The notes: generated by a model from the letters alone, not told the origin. 64,000 nucleotides of DNA from Malacoraja senta (GCA_038087875.1 CM075982.1:62434001-62498000); one strand, 5' to 3'; shown: positions 13,426-26,021, counted from the stretch's first letter. A program made the numbers and translations.

Positions 13426-13776
13426 AAATTCTCTACCCAGAAGTTTAGAACGCTCAGTACCTGAGTTTATTTGAAACAGATATTCATAGATTCTTGGAAA
13501 TTAAAATAATTTAGGGATGAGAGGTAGTGTAGGGCAATGATGCCGAGCTGGAAGATGAGCCAGGACCCTGGTGAATGGCAGAGAAAGCTCAAAGGTTCAA
13601 ATATCCGACATATCTTCTAATTTTTGTTCTTATGTAACCACGCATGCTTCTTCAAGTGAAAGTCAAGACTTTTATCACTGCCCAAAGTTTACATTTAAAA
13701 TAATTTCTGGAAGTTTTTAGAGGAAGTAAACCGACCACTGATAGGCCATGTAAATGGGAATACATTTTTGTACTCA

Positions 13777-14010
13777 TGTAGCGGCGCCTGCTGGCGCACG
13801 CAGGTATCGAACCCGGCGTTCGGAAGCCGCGGTCGCGTGACTCGGGAGGGGCTGCTAGTTTTTGCGCGGTTTTGGTTTCGTGCGGCAGTTCAGTGCTGAC
13901 CACCGTTGTGGCCAGACGTATGTTGCGAGAGCCTGTGAACTGAGAAGTGATTTTCTGAATAAAAATACGTTTGAAAACTCAGTTGTCGTTCTTGCGACCG
14001 CCAAACTGCA
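13777..14010 (+). mobile_element. Candidate short solo LTR (234 bp)
   Basis: TGTAG...CTGCA termini, imperfect 4-bp TSD CTCA/ATCA, AATAAA at ~13958, CpG-rich against an AT-rich flank. Confidence 0.5.
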
Positions 14011-14391
14011 ATCATATTTATCTATCTGTACAGCTAACTATCTTCCAAATAATAGCCACCTATCTATATACATAATTATCTTCCATTTTTATATCACACC
14101 TGAAAGCACCTCATTTCAGAACATTGCACATTTGTTAGTTTATGTAATGTATGTTGAGTTACATCTCTAAAAGCAAACTAGAATATTTCTTTACTCAGAG
14201 AATGATTCCTTATTATGAAGCAATATTCTTTTAAAGTTAACACTAGGTATAGTTGATGGTCTGAAGATGTCAGAGAGAGATTTCCCAGTGTACTATTGTC
14301 TTAATTGGTTCTGGTTCTTGCTGTCTTTGCCTCTACCAGGATATCATGGCTTTGGATGTTACTGACTGGATGAAGAAGTGTTCCAAAGTGA

Positions 14392-15055
14392 TCATAAGAT
14401 CAAAAGATCATAAGAGATAGGAGTAGAATTTGGCCCATCAAGTCTACTCCGCCATTCAATCATGGCTGATCTATCTCTTCCTCCGAACCCAATTCTCCCG
14501 CTTTCTCCCCATAACCCCTGACACCCGTACTAATCAAGAATCTATCTATCTCTGCCTTAAAAACATCTATTCACTTGGCCTCCACAGCTTTCTGTGGCAA
14601 AGCATTCCACAGATTCACCACCCTCCGACTAAAGAAATTCCTCCTCATCTCCTTCCTGAAGGAATGTCCTTTAATTCTGAGGCTATGACCTTTAGTTTAG
14701 TTTAGAAATACAATGCAGAAACAGGCTCTTCGGTCCACGAGTCCGCACCGACCAGCGATCTCCGCATATTAACAGTATCCTACACACACTAGGGACAATT
14801 TTTACATTTACCTGTACATCTTTGGTGTGTGGCAGGAAACCAAAGATCTCGGAGAAAGCCCACGCAGCTCACCGGGAGAACGTACAAACTCCGTACAGAC
14901 AGCACCCGTAGTCAGGATCGAACCCGGGTCTCCGGCGCTGCATTCGCTGTAAGGCAGCAACTCTACCACTGCGCCACTGTACCACACCTCTAGCCCTGGA
15001 CTCTCCCACTAGTGGAAACATCTTCTCCACATCCAGTCTATCCAAGCCTTTCACT
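14392..15055 (-). mobile_element. CR1 3' fragment interrupted by a SINE (14692-14983)
   Basis: CR1 3' UTR and KGLDRLDVEKMFPLVGESR motif flank a full SINE. Confidence 0.85.
14692..14983 (-). mobile_element. HE1-like SINE
   Basis: Reverse-complement match to the reference copy, nested in a CR1. Confidence 0.9.
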
Positions 15056-15169
15056 ATGTTGTATGTTAATGTAGTATCTTTATAGGCTTGATGGACACAT
15101 TGGTAGTTTCTTGACCATCTATTTGGTAAGTTTCAATCTGCCTAAGATCAGTGGAACCTTTGCAGAAGA

Positions 15170-15309
15170 AATGTTGTAGGAAGGAACTGCAGATGCTGGT
15201 TTAAACCGAAGACAGACACAAAATGCTGGAGTAACTCAGAGGGACAGACAGTATGTCTGGATAGAAGGAATGGGTGACGTTTCAGGGCGAGACTCTTCAT
15301 CAAACTGGA
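15170..15309 (-). mobile_element. Short Penelope-derived element with 21-bp TSD
   Basis: CAGTGGAACCTTTGCAGAAGA at 15149-15169 and 15310-15330 flanks a single terminal repeat. Confidence 0.85.
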
Positions 15310-15347
15310 CAGTGGAACCTTTGCAGAAGATCCGTATTAAATTTCTA

Positions 15348-16128
15348 TTAGACAATAGACAATAGACAATAGGTGCAGGAGTAGGCATTTTGGCCCTTCG
15401 AGCCAGCACCGCCATTCAATGTGATCATGGCTGATCATCCCCAATCAGTACCCCGTTCCTGCCTTCTCCCCATATCCCCTGACTCTGCTATTTTTAAGAG
15501 CCCTATCTAGCTCTCACTTGAAAGCATCCGGAGAACCTACCTCCACCGCCCTCTGAGGCAGAGAATTCCACAGACTCACAACTCTCTATGAGAAAAAGTG
15601 TTTCCTCGTCTCCGTTCTAAATGGCTTACTCCTTATTCTTAAACTGTGTACCCTGGTTCTGGACTCCCCCAACATCGGGAACATGTTTCATGCCTCTAGC
15701 GTGTCCAAACCCTTAACAATCTTATATGTTTCAATGAGATTCCCTCTCATCCTTCTAAACTCCAGAGTGTACATGCCCAGCCACTCCATTCAAGTCAAGT
15801 CAAGTGAGTTTATTGTCATGTGTCCCTGATAGGACAATGAAATTCTTGCTTTGCTTCAGCACAACAGAACATAGTAGGCATTGACTACAAGGCATTCTAT
15901 AAATATATACACACATGAATCAATATACTGATAAAGTGCAAATAACAGTATTGGCTAATAAAGTTCGGTGTTATGTCCGAGCCAGGTTTAATAGCCTGAT
16001 GGCTGTGGGGAAGTAGCTGTTCCTGAACCTGGTCGTTGCAGTCTTCAGGCTCCTGTACCTTCTACCTGAAGGTAGTAGGGAGATGAGTGTGTGGCCAGGA
16101 TGGTGTGTGGCCAGGATTCTCTCAACAT
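15348..16128 (-). mobile_element. CR1 3' fragment with a nested Rex1-type 3' end (~15791-16115)
   Basis: (TAGACAA)n tail at ~15348-15371. CR1 sequence up to CCACTCCATT, then a CAAGT-repeat tail and Rex1-like 3' sequence similar to 4300-4620. Confidence 0.8.
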
Positions 16129-17129
16129 TCTATTAAATTTATGCTCATCAAATTCGCCAAAATGAAATGACCATCACCATCAGTACTGTACAGCTGCATG
16201 GGATTGGCAGTGAGTGCGGAAACCTAACACTTTAATGCATAGTAACAGTTCGGATAATTTATACAAACAACATTTGGGTTCACAAGTCTTGCAGTAGTCG
16301 ACAGGTTCACTATAACACAGGACATCTGAAAGCATTAGTCACTGCCACCTTCTGGAGGCCTCAAGCGTTATAATTAACTTCCATACAATACTACAGATGG
16401 GGATAATTTTCTAAGGCAACGGATATCAAAAACAAAAATCCTAGTTTGGTGCCAACTGCGCTTTGGAGTGAACAGTTTTGAGAAACAACATCAATGAAGA
16501 TTCAGGCATACACAAAATTCAGTGTATCCTTTATCAATTTAACTAGATGTCACAATGGTCTTCTTGGCTTTCATGCTCCAGTGCTTACGTTATTCATATT
16601 AAATGAATGGGTGGCATAGTGGTGCTGTAAATAGTACAGCAGTCTCACAACTCCAGCGACCTAGGTTCAATTCCCACCACCAGTGCTATCACCGTGGAGT
16701 GTGCATACTCACTCTGTGACAGTGTGGGTTTCCCAGTGTGGGTGGTCTGCTTTAATGGTTAATTAATGGTTAATTGGTTGCTGTAAATTGCCACTGGTGC
16801 ATTGAAGATAGGCTCAAAATACTGGAGTAACTCAACGATTCAGGCAGCAGCATCTCTGGAGAAAAGGAAAAGGTGACGTTTTGGGTCGAGACCCTTCATC
16901 AGGTGCAATTGGCTGCTGGGATTGGTGGTATTGATGGGTGTTTGAGAGTAAATAGGTTACGGAGAAATAAGTGAGGGAATTGATTCGATGGGATTGCATT
17001 GATAGCTGGCATGGGCTCAATGGCTGAGACACCCTCTTCTTTGATAAAGAAAGATTGAGTGGATGAATTGGGTGGTTGGATTTTGTAATGTTGCTGTAAT
17101 AACCAAATGAACAGATCCAATTCATGAGG

Positions 17130-17450
17130 TGACCATCCTGGCCACTCATTTCACCACTGCCATCAGGAAGAAGGTACAGGAGCCTGAAAACTGTAACGTC
17201 CAGGTTCAGGAACAGCTTCTTCCCTACATCCATCAGGCTATTAAACACAACATCAAATAAGCTCTGAGCTCTGAACTGCAAAAGACTATATTATTATTGC
17301 ACTATATTTGTTATTTATTGAACTTTTTCTTTTTTTTCTCTTCCCCCGTTATGTACTATGTTTACATATTCACATATTCTGTTGTGCTGCAGCAAGTAAG
17401 AATTTCATTGTCCCATCCGGGAGATATGACAATATAACACTCTTGACTAA
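17130..17450 (+). mobile_element. Rex1-type 3' end
   Basis: Reverse-complement similarity to 4300-4620 (SGRRYRSLKT...RFRNSFFP coding remnant, TGACAAT tail). Confidence 0.75.
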
Positions 17451-18564
17451 AGGTGCAGAATTACCTCAGAATATTCTTCCTCCTGTCTGGGTAGAAACAT
17501 AAGCAATGATCATTCAGCCTTTTAAGCATTCTCTGCCATTGAATTAGTTTGTGACTAATCTGTGTCACAAATCCGTCTGCCTATCTTGTTCCCTGCCGGT
17601 GCCCAACAGAATTCTATCTGTGCCAATTTTAACAGTTTTAATTGATGCGGCTTCAGAAACTTTGTGTGGAGAGGACTTTTAATCATTATTCCAGTACGGC
17701 TGGAACCGAAAGCTTTGATGATGAAATGCTCACACCTAATCCTCCTTCTCATATTATGTCCGTTACCACATGGGTTTCCTCCATGAGCTCTGGTTTCTTC
17801 CCACATTCCAAAGACATGTACTATCTCCACGAGCCAGGTACTATTGCAACATTTGACAATATAACACTCTTGACTAAAGGTGCAGAATTACCTTTTTTGC
17901 AGTACTGCATTTCGTTGTCTCTGTACTGTACACTGCACAATGACAATAAAGTTGAATCTGAATCTGATCTGAATCTGAACATTTAAGAAATGTTTAGACA
18001 GGTACATGGATAGGACATGTTTAGAGGGATATGGGCCAAACGCAGGCAGGTGCGACTAGTTGGTCGGTGAGGCCAAGTTGGGCCGAAGGGCCTGTTCCAA
18101 CCCTGTATGACTCTCTGACTGTGGCATGCTGGCAGAGTTTGGCTATTTTAGATTACCCCATAGTACAGATTAATGGTATAAAAAAAAGAGCATTTCATGA
18201 GCACACGTGAGACAAAATAGATTGCAGGGGATAGGGAAATAAGGACAGGAGGAGTGGGATGAATTAGATGATTTACTTTGGAGCTAGCATGGATTGGATA
18301 GGATGAATGGTATCCTTCCCTGCTGTGATGAGGATATGTTCCTTCTCTCCAGAGATGCTGCCTGTCCCGCTGAGTTAATCCAGCTTTTTGTGTCCATCTT
18401 TGGTTTAAACCAGCATCTGCAGTTCCTTCCTACTCAGATATGTTGTGTGAACAAAAGGACTGAAAGTGCTGGAGTAAATCAGTGGGTCAGACAGCATCTC
18501 CATTTATATTTCCATTTTTCCTGTGCAAATCTATCCAAGACATGGCATTTCAAACTTTCATCTT

Positions 18565-18877
18565 TTTTTTATTTTTATTTAAATTATTTTTATTAGAAGT
18601 ACGGTAAATTACAGTAATACACAACACTTATATCTTAATACATTTTTTATACCGCTTCATTTTTTTGAGCTTTAAGAGAAAGATAGAAGTAAGAAAAGTA
18701 AAGAAAGTGCGCAAGAGTCGTGAGGTGCAAGAGAGTGTTGTGAAAAGAAAGCCCCTTAGAAAAGAAGTTAGAGAAGGAAGTAAAGTAAGAAAGTAGATCC
18801 TAGAAAAGAAAGAAAAAGAAAGTAGGAACAATCGCAGAAAGGAAACCATCAACCAAGTCTGTTTTTATTGTTTTACC
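18565..18877 (-). mobile_element. 5'-truncated poly(A)-tailed retroposed insertion (L1/Tx1-type 3' UTR)
   Basis: Poly(T) tract at the left end. 16-bp TSD TTCAAACTTTCATCTT at 18549-18564 and 18878-18893. Confidence 0.75.
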
Positions 18878-19804
18878 TTCAAACTTTCATCTTGAAAAGT
18901 TGTTGAACTACACACTATAATTTTAATGGTATCATTTTACACATTAGACTTTAGACTTCAGAGATACAGCGCAGATACAGTCTGTTTGGCCCACCGAGTC
19001 TGCGCCTATCAGCGATCCCCCAATTACCCTACATCAATTATTGAAGATAAATATTGAAGCATCAGGTAAAGTGAACCACAATGTACAATAAAGAGGCCAA
19101 AGTGGTGTGAACCTGTTCAATTTCAGGTAGTCCTTGCTTTCTCCCTCTTTCCTCTCCCCTTCCCAGCTCTCCCACAGCCTACTGTCTCCGCCTCTTCCTT
19201 TCTTCCTCCTGCACCCCGCCCCCACATCAGTCTGAAGAAGGGTCTCAACCCTAAACGTCACCTATTCCTTCGCTCCATAGATGCTGCCTCACCCGTTGAG
19301 TTTCTCCAGCATTTTTGTCTACCTTCGATTTTTCCAGCATCTGCAGTTCTTTCTTAAACATTCCTAAGCTACTGTTCCTTTGGTGAAGCTTTGAGTAAAA
19401 ATGAAGAGACACCAAGTTCACTGAATGACCTTTGATTAACAGGCACCGTTACTCCTCACGGGATGTAATTATAACTATGTACACATGTGCAACAGACTGT
19501 CCTTTCACAGTGCAAGGAAGTGGGTTAAGACCTTGCATTAAGATCATTCATTTCAAATGCCCAAGTCTAATATGAAAACGGTTAACCATGGAAAAGAATG
19601 CATTTATTTTACTTACTTTACCTGACCTAATAGCATAAAGAAAGCTTTGTTTTAGCCGTACCATACTGTAGAATACTTTGTCTGCATCAATATACATCGT
19701 TCCAAAACTGAAGGTCAACCTGGTGATCTTCTGTAACAAACTAGTACCCGATTATGATGTACGTTAAAGAAATGGGGCTGGAAACTGTTTTCATTTATTT
19801 TGCA

Positions 19805-20000
19805 TAGGAAAGAATTGCAGATGCTGGTTTAAATTGAAGGTAGATACAAAATGCTGGAGTATCTCAGCGGGACAGGCAGCATCTCTGGAGAGATGGAATG
19901 GGTGATGTTTCGGATCAAGACCATTCTTCAGATTTCACCTATTCCTTCTCTCCAGAGATGCTGCCTGTCCCGCTGAGTTATTCCTCATTTTGTGTCGACC
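19805..20000. mobile_element. Short fold-back Penelope-derived element with 16-bp TSD
   Basis: Two inverted copies of the terminal repeat, flanked by TTTCATTTATTTTGCA at 19789-19804 and 20001-20016. Confidence 0.85.
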
Positions 20001-20277
20001 TTTCATTTATTTTGCAATTGAATCAAGTGTACAGTTTTAACTCTCTTCCCTTTTAACCCCTTTCCCAGTTTCTGCCACAATTTACTGACCATTATAATTT
20101 AGGCTGAAGGTTATTTGGTTAGTCTCTGAAACGTTGTCAAATTAGCCCCTCTTCACTTGTGATTTGTGAAATTGAATGTTGGCTAACCGTTTAAATCTCA
20201 GGACTCTCTTATGCAAATCTACCTTTCCCCCCACCTGACATCTCAACCTTCTAGCAGTTGAACATCGTATGGAAAAA

Positions 20278-20900
20278 AAGAGTCAATGTGCTGGAGTAAC
20301 TCAGCGGGCTAGGCAGCATCTCTGGCGAACTTGGACAGGTTGTGTTTCTGGGTTGGGATCCTTCTTCAGACTGATTGTGGTCGAGGGGGGAGAGAGCTCG
20401 AAGAGAGGAGGGGCCTGGTCAAAGCCTGGCGAGTGATGGGTGGGTACTGGCGAGGGGGGCGGGGTTTGATAGGCAGATGTTTGGACAATGCCCAGAGCTG
20501 AAAAGATAAAAGGTGTGAGATACGGATAGAAGATGAGGGAATCGTGAGGTCAGAGAAAGGAATATAGGTGGCGGGGGGGGGGGAGAAATTGGTGCAAGTG
20601 CAAATGACACACAGAGAAGGGGGATGTAGGGGAAGGGGAGGTGGGGAGGGGGAGGGTTGTAGGTTAGTAACCTAAAATTGGGGATTTCAATGTTCGTACC
20701 ATCAGGTTGGAATAGGTTCGTACCACCCAAGTGGAATATGAGGTGCTGTTCCTCCAGTTATAGTGTACCTCCTCTCACCTCATCTATTGCATCCAGTGTT
20801 CCTGATGGGTCCTCCTTTACATTGGCAGGACCAAGCCTGGACTCAGATAACTAACCTACAAACACTCCCCCCCTCCCCCCCTCCCCCCCCCCTCCACCTC
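20278..20900. mobile_element. Penelope-like fragments in inverted arrangement
   Basis: Minus-strand 3' end (20278-20760) abuts a plus-strand NLIYCIQCS...LLYIG fragment (~20765-20840). Confidence 0.65.
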
Positions 20901-21031
20901 CACCTCCTCCGGTTTTACAATTCGCACTTCTTCTCTCTTTCTCTCACACTTTTTGTGCTCTGGTCCTGCAATCGTGTGCCCATCTTGAATAGCTTCTTAG
21001 ACATCAAACAGGAATCAAGAACTTTGAATAA

Positions 21032-21240
21032 GGGTAGACACAAAATGCTGGAGTAACTCAGCGGGATAGGCAGCATCTCTTGAAGAAGGAAGTTTCGGAC
21101 CACAGCAGTCTGAAGAAGGGTCTCGACCCGAAACGTCACCCGTTCCATCTCTCCCGACACACTCTGCCTGTCCCGCTGAATTACTCCTGCATTTTGTGTC
21201 CACCTTCGATTTAAACCAGCATCTGCAGCTCTCTCCTACA
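21032..21240. mobile_element. Fold-back Penelope-derived element (similar copies at ~7175-7350, 21628-21870, 33110-33310, 39567-39772, 44043-44258)
   Basis: GACACAAAATGCTGGAGTAACTCAGCGGG...GGCAG and its reverse complement on either side of a central CTGAAGA motif. Confidence 0.8.
21107..21140 (+). ncRNA. Minimal type I hammerhead ribozyme motif of Penelope-like terminal repeats
   Basis: AGT-CTGAAGA-A-GGGTC-TC-GACCC-GAAAC-GTC-ACC: CUGANGA box, stem II hairpin, GAAA box, palindromic ACGU in place of stem III, GUC cleavage triplet ending at 21137. Stem I is very short. Confidence 0.7.
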
Positions 21241-21994
21241 AACTTTGAAAAAGGGGTTCCATAACACCTCTTGCAGGATGTAATTACAGGCTTGCAGGTT
21301 GCTTGTGCTGCTTTCAGACTGTACGGCAATCAACTTGGCTCCCTGAATCAGACATTTCTCTCATGAATGACAGGCAACTGCGTGCTTGGTTTCATTGTGG
21401 TCGCTGAGTGAATGGAATTTCTTCAACTCGTCTGAATGGGCAATGTTGCACCAACTATAACAAAAAGGCCATTTAGAATCATGACCTTTTGTGCTTTTGG
21501 AACGGATGGTCATGATATGGTGGTTTGTGGAAAATAAATTGACAACAACAGCATCACAAATGGTGTAATCGCCATTGTATACTGCTTGTCAATATGGCTT
21601 CTGTCAAAGAAACATAACAGTGGAGATGTGTAGGAAGGAATACAGATGTTGGTTTACAGTGAGGATTGACACAAAATGCTGGAGTAACTCAGCAGGACAG
21701 GCAGCATTTCTGGAGAGGTGATGTTTCGGGTCGAGACCCTTCTGAAGAAAGGTGTACCTGTTCTGTCTGATGACCTTCTAAAAAAGGGTCTCGACCTGAA
21801 ACATCACCCATTCCTTCTCTCCAGAGATGCTGCCTGTCCTGCTGAGTTACTCCAGCATTTTGTGTCTATTTGTGGAGAGATACTTAGACAGAGAGAGACA
21901 TCTTGAGAGTTAGAAGAAGGAACCACCAGCCAATGAAAGTATGCCATAAATCAATTTCCTCGTTAAAAACTATATTGGATGAAATTTAATTTGA

Positions 21995-22365
21995 TACGGA
22001 CAGTACTAAATCATGAGAGGGATAGATCGGGTAGACGCTCATAGTCTCTTGCCCACAGTAGGAGAATCGAGAACCAGAGGACATAGGTTTAATGTGAGGG
22101 GGGAAAGATTTACTAGGAACCTGAGGGGTAACCTTTTCACACAAAGGGTGGTGCTATATGGAACTGGCTGCAGGAGGAGGTAGTTGAGGCAGGTACTATC
22201 ACAATGTTTAAGAACCATTTAGACAAGTACATGGATAGAACGGGTTTAGAGGGATATGGATCAAACTCCGGCAGGTGGGACTAGTGTAGATGGGACATGT
22301 TGGTTGGTGTGGGAAAGTTGGGCCAAAGGGCCTATTTCCATGCTGTATGACTGTACGACTGTATG
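21995..22365 (+). mobile_element. CR1 3' fragment
   Basis: Reverse-complement similarity to 59455-59815. Ends in the GGGCCTATTTCCATGCTGTATGAC tail shared with the SINE. Confidence 0.85.
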
Positions 22366-22374
22366 AGTATATTT

Positions 22375-22687
22375 GGGCGGCACGGTGGCACAGCGGTAGA
22401 GGTGCCGCCTTACAGTGCTTGCAGCACTGGAGACCCAGGTTTGATCCTGACTATGGGTGTTGTCTGTACGGAGTTTTACGTTCTCCCCATGACCGCGTGG
22501 GTTTTCTCCGAGATCTTCGGTTTCCTCCCAAACTCCAAAGACGTTCAGGTATGTCCAGTAAATTGGCTTGGTAAATGTAAAAGTTGTCCCGAGTGGGTGT
22601 AGGTTAGTGTTAATATGTGGGGATCGCTGGTCGGCGCGGATTCGGTGGGCCGAAGGGCCTGTTTCCGCGCTGTATCTCTAAACTAAA
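22375..22687 (+). mobile_element. HE1-like SINE
   Basis: Full-length match to 23337-23657. Confidence 0.9.
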
Positions 22688-23336
22688 CAAAAAAATAGAA
22701 TGGGCTTCAATAAATTACATTGTGAAATGGACTGAAACATCGATGATTTAAAACCGTTATTTGTTGCGATCTCACCAACATACCCGAGAGTTTCTTCTCA
22801 TGTTAGAAGGGCATTGTGCAAAAGTCCTCGGCAAATATTTTTCATTTGTGGGTGAGATGGAGTTGGGTGTAATTTTTTTATCAGATTACTTATTGCATCT
22901 TAGTACACCTAATGCCTTTGCATTACAATCATTTATGAATATCAAAATGTTGCCAAAGCAGTTCAATCCAGGACAGAGCCTAGTTATAGAATCAGCCACT
23001 GTTAACACAGTTTGTCACTTCATTTTGGCATCGACAATTTGCTTCGTATTCTTAACCTTGCTGTTATCCCCCAGTGGAATTAACGTTCTATGTGGCAATG
23101 TCTGCAACAGATATATTTGGATTAGAACCTGGTGTTTTATCCAAAAAGACATTTACTGGTAGACATTCCGTGTGGCTATAATTGGGAAACAAAGTATTTT
23201 TAGACAGGATAAACGTGTCTTGAAGGTAACCTTAACTTGATGCCTGCTGAATCACTTCCTTTTTTAAAAGTAGGTGTTTGAAAGTCATTTCTTAGTAGAG
23301 CAGTTTGCTCATTGGACCAATTTCTCTGCCAACAGT

Positions 23337-23657
23337 GGGCGGCACGGTGGTGCAGCGGTAGAGTTGCTGCCTCACAGCGCCAGAGACCCGGGTTCGATCC
23401 TGACTATGGGTGTTGTCTGTATGGACTCTGTATGTTCTCCCCATGACCTGCATGGATTTTCTCCGAGATCTTCGGTTTCCTTCCACACTCCAAAGACGTA
23501 AGGAGTTTGTCAGTTAATTGGCTTGGTATAAATGTAAATTGTCCCTAGAGTGTGTAGGATAGCGTTAGTGTGCGGGGATCGTTGGTCGGTGTGGACTCGT
23601 TGGGCCGAAGGGTCTGTTTCCGCATTGTATCTCTAAACTAAACTAAACTAAACTAAA
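23337..23657 (+). mobile_element. HE1-like tRNA-derived V-SINE, full length (reference copy)
   Basis: A box (GTGGTGCAGCGG), B box (GGTTCGATCC), central GTTCTCCCC...GGTTTCCTTCCACACTCCAAAGAC domain, CR1-like tail and (CTAAA)n. Confidence 0.92.
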
Positions 23658-24554
23658 AAGAAGATATAACTATGACCTGGTTTATGGAGTCTATAAGCAT
23701 TCCAAAGCCATTAAAAATAGCTTACATTTACCTACATTCACAGTAGATGTTCTAGTAGAAGTCGAGAGGGACAGTGATTTTTTAACCATTGTGAGAAACA
23801 CGCTCCATAAAATGATATTAAAGTCCATTAGAGAGACAGCTGGTTCTAAGGGTTAAAGAGCTCATACAGTTTGGCAGATTGTTTATATTGGGCTCAGTAA
23901 CTGGCTTCAGTCTGACATGAAGGACTGAGTCACATAGGCCAAAGTCTGGGGGAGTTCTTTAACAAAGTTTTTCACAGACAAAAAATGTGGCATTAACCAC
24001 AGGAACTTTCATCTCCACCAAAAGCGGAGGCCGTGATTTTCTTCAGGCATCTTGGGAGCAATGTGGAATAATGACACTGATGTTACGCTGTTGCCTAGCA
24101 GCTATTTGTTTACCTAAGTAACTGCATGGTAAAATACAATACAGAATGAAGTGTGACCTAACAGGGGTTATCTATGCAACATTAGCATCATGACAAGGTT
24201 AAGCAAGATGTTGAAAAAAAATTGCTTTTTAATGTGTGGATAATGCATGATCCTATTGGCAAATTTCCAACAACGTAAAGCTTGGTTTAGGTTAGCTTAG
24301 TTTAGAGATACAGCGCGGAAATAGGCCCTTCCGCCCACCGAGTCCGCGCCGACCAGCGATCCCCACACATTAACACTACCCTACACACATACTAGAGGCT
24401 AAGTCATGGAATATGTTTCATAAGGAAGGAGTTATATATTTTTAATGTTAAAGAATAAGAGGAAAAGTGGAGAGTACAGGATTGAAGTGGATAAAGAACC
24501 ATAATCTTGTTGAATGTTGGTGTTGGCTAGAAGGGCTGAAGAGCCTTTTTAGAA

Positions 24555-24842
24555 TTTAGATTTTACAGCGCGGAAACAGGCCCTTCAGCCCACTGAATCC
24601 GCGCCGACCAGCGATCACCCCGTGCACTACCACTATCCTACACACTTGGGACAATTAAAAAATGTACCAAAGCCAATTAACCTACAAATCTGCACATCTT
24701 TGGAGTGTGGAAGGAAACCCAAGGACCCGGAGAAAACCCACGCGGCCACAGGGAGAACGTACAAACTCCGAACGACAGCACCCGTAGTCGGGATCGAAGT
24801 TGTAAGGCAGCAACTCTACCGCTGCGCCACCATGCCGCCCCC
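24555..24842 (-). mobile_element. HE1-like SINE
   Basis: Reverse-complement match to the reference copy. Confidence 0.85.
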
Positions 24843-25723
24843 GTGACAAAGCATTTTGTAGAGATCAAGTGAAAGAGAGAGAACATTTGGGCATCTCTTA
24901 AGAACTGTGGAATTGTTGTAAGGAAAGTAGAAATGAGAGCAGGAGTAGCGGGGTGGTACACTGTTTCCCTCGTTGTATCTCTAAAGTCTAAAGTCTAAAA
25001 AGGTTATTCAGCTCTTCCAGTCGACTGCAACATTCAACAGGATTATGGTTCATTATCCACCAATCCTGTTCACTCCACCTTTCCTCTTAACATTAAAAAT
25101 ATATATCTTCTTCCATATGAAATATATTCCTTAACGTGGCCTCCACTGCTTTCTGTGGTAGAGAGTTCCACAGGTTCACTACCCTCTGGGTGAAGATACA
25201 TTTATTGATCTTGGTTCCAAATGGCATCCTGAAACAATGATCTGTCCCTGGACATTCCAGCCATCTGAAGCATCTTTCCTATATCTAGGCTGTCTGATTA
25301 TGCTAAAATGTGTTAGATTTCTATTAGATCACCTCTCATAGGGCCAAATGCGGGTTAATAGGACTACTTTAGATAGGGCATCTTGGTCAGCATGGATGAT
25401 TTGGGCCAAAGGGCCTGACTCTGTACTGTGTGGCTCTATGAATCTTTCCTACTAACCCCGAGTGGACACGGGTTTAATTGACCCAATTTTACCGTTCGTA
25501 TCAGTCTTGCTATATCTAGAAACATCCAATATATCTTGGTGCACTCCCTCCATGACAAGAATATCCTTGCTCAGATACGGAAACCAGAATTGCACACAGA
25601 ACCCACGATGTTTCAGAAGGGCCTTGACCCAAAAAGTTACCTATCCATGTTCTCCAGAGATGTTGCCTGACCTGCTGAGTTACTCCAACACTTTGTGTCC
25701 TTTCGTGCAGCAATCCATCCTTA

Positions 25724-26021
25724 AGCCCCTGTCCCACTTTCCCGAGTTACTCACGAATTCTCCTGAGTTTTCCCCTTGATTCAAACTCGGGGAATGTTCG
25801 TAGCGAGTCCGTAGATATTTCGTAGCAGCTCGTAATGCCAGCCGTAGGTACTCGGGGCATCAGGTAGGTCGGGAAGTTTTTTCAGCATGTTGAAAAATGT
25901 CCACGAGTAAAAATAATAGCCCCGAGTACCTACAGCTGGCTATTACCGTAATTCTCTGAGTTTGAATCCAGGGGAAAACTCGGGAGAATTCGTGGTAACT
26001 CGGGAAAGTGGGACAGGGGCT
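25724..26021. mobile_element. Harbinger/PIF-type MITE
   Basis: AGCCCCTGTCCCACTTTCCCGAGTTAC...GTAACTCGGGAAAGTGGGACAGGGGCT. TTA TSD. Confidence 0.9.

Noticed and set aside
14315-14392. Polypyrimidine-CAG acceptor followed by DIMALDVTDWMKKCSK
   Set aside because: Weak donor, runs into a CR1 tail, and no partner exons found.
23337-23410. tRNA-like sequences with A and B boxes
   Set aside because: These are SINE heads, always followed by the SINE body, not tRNA genes.
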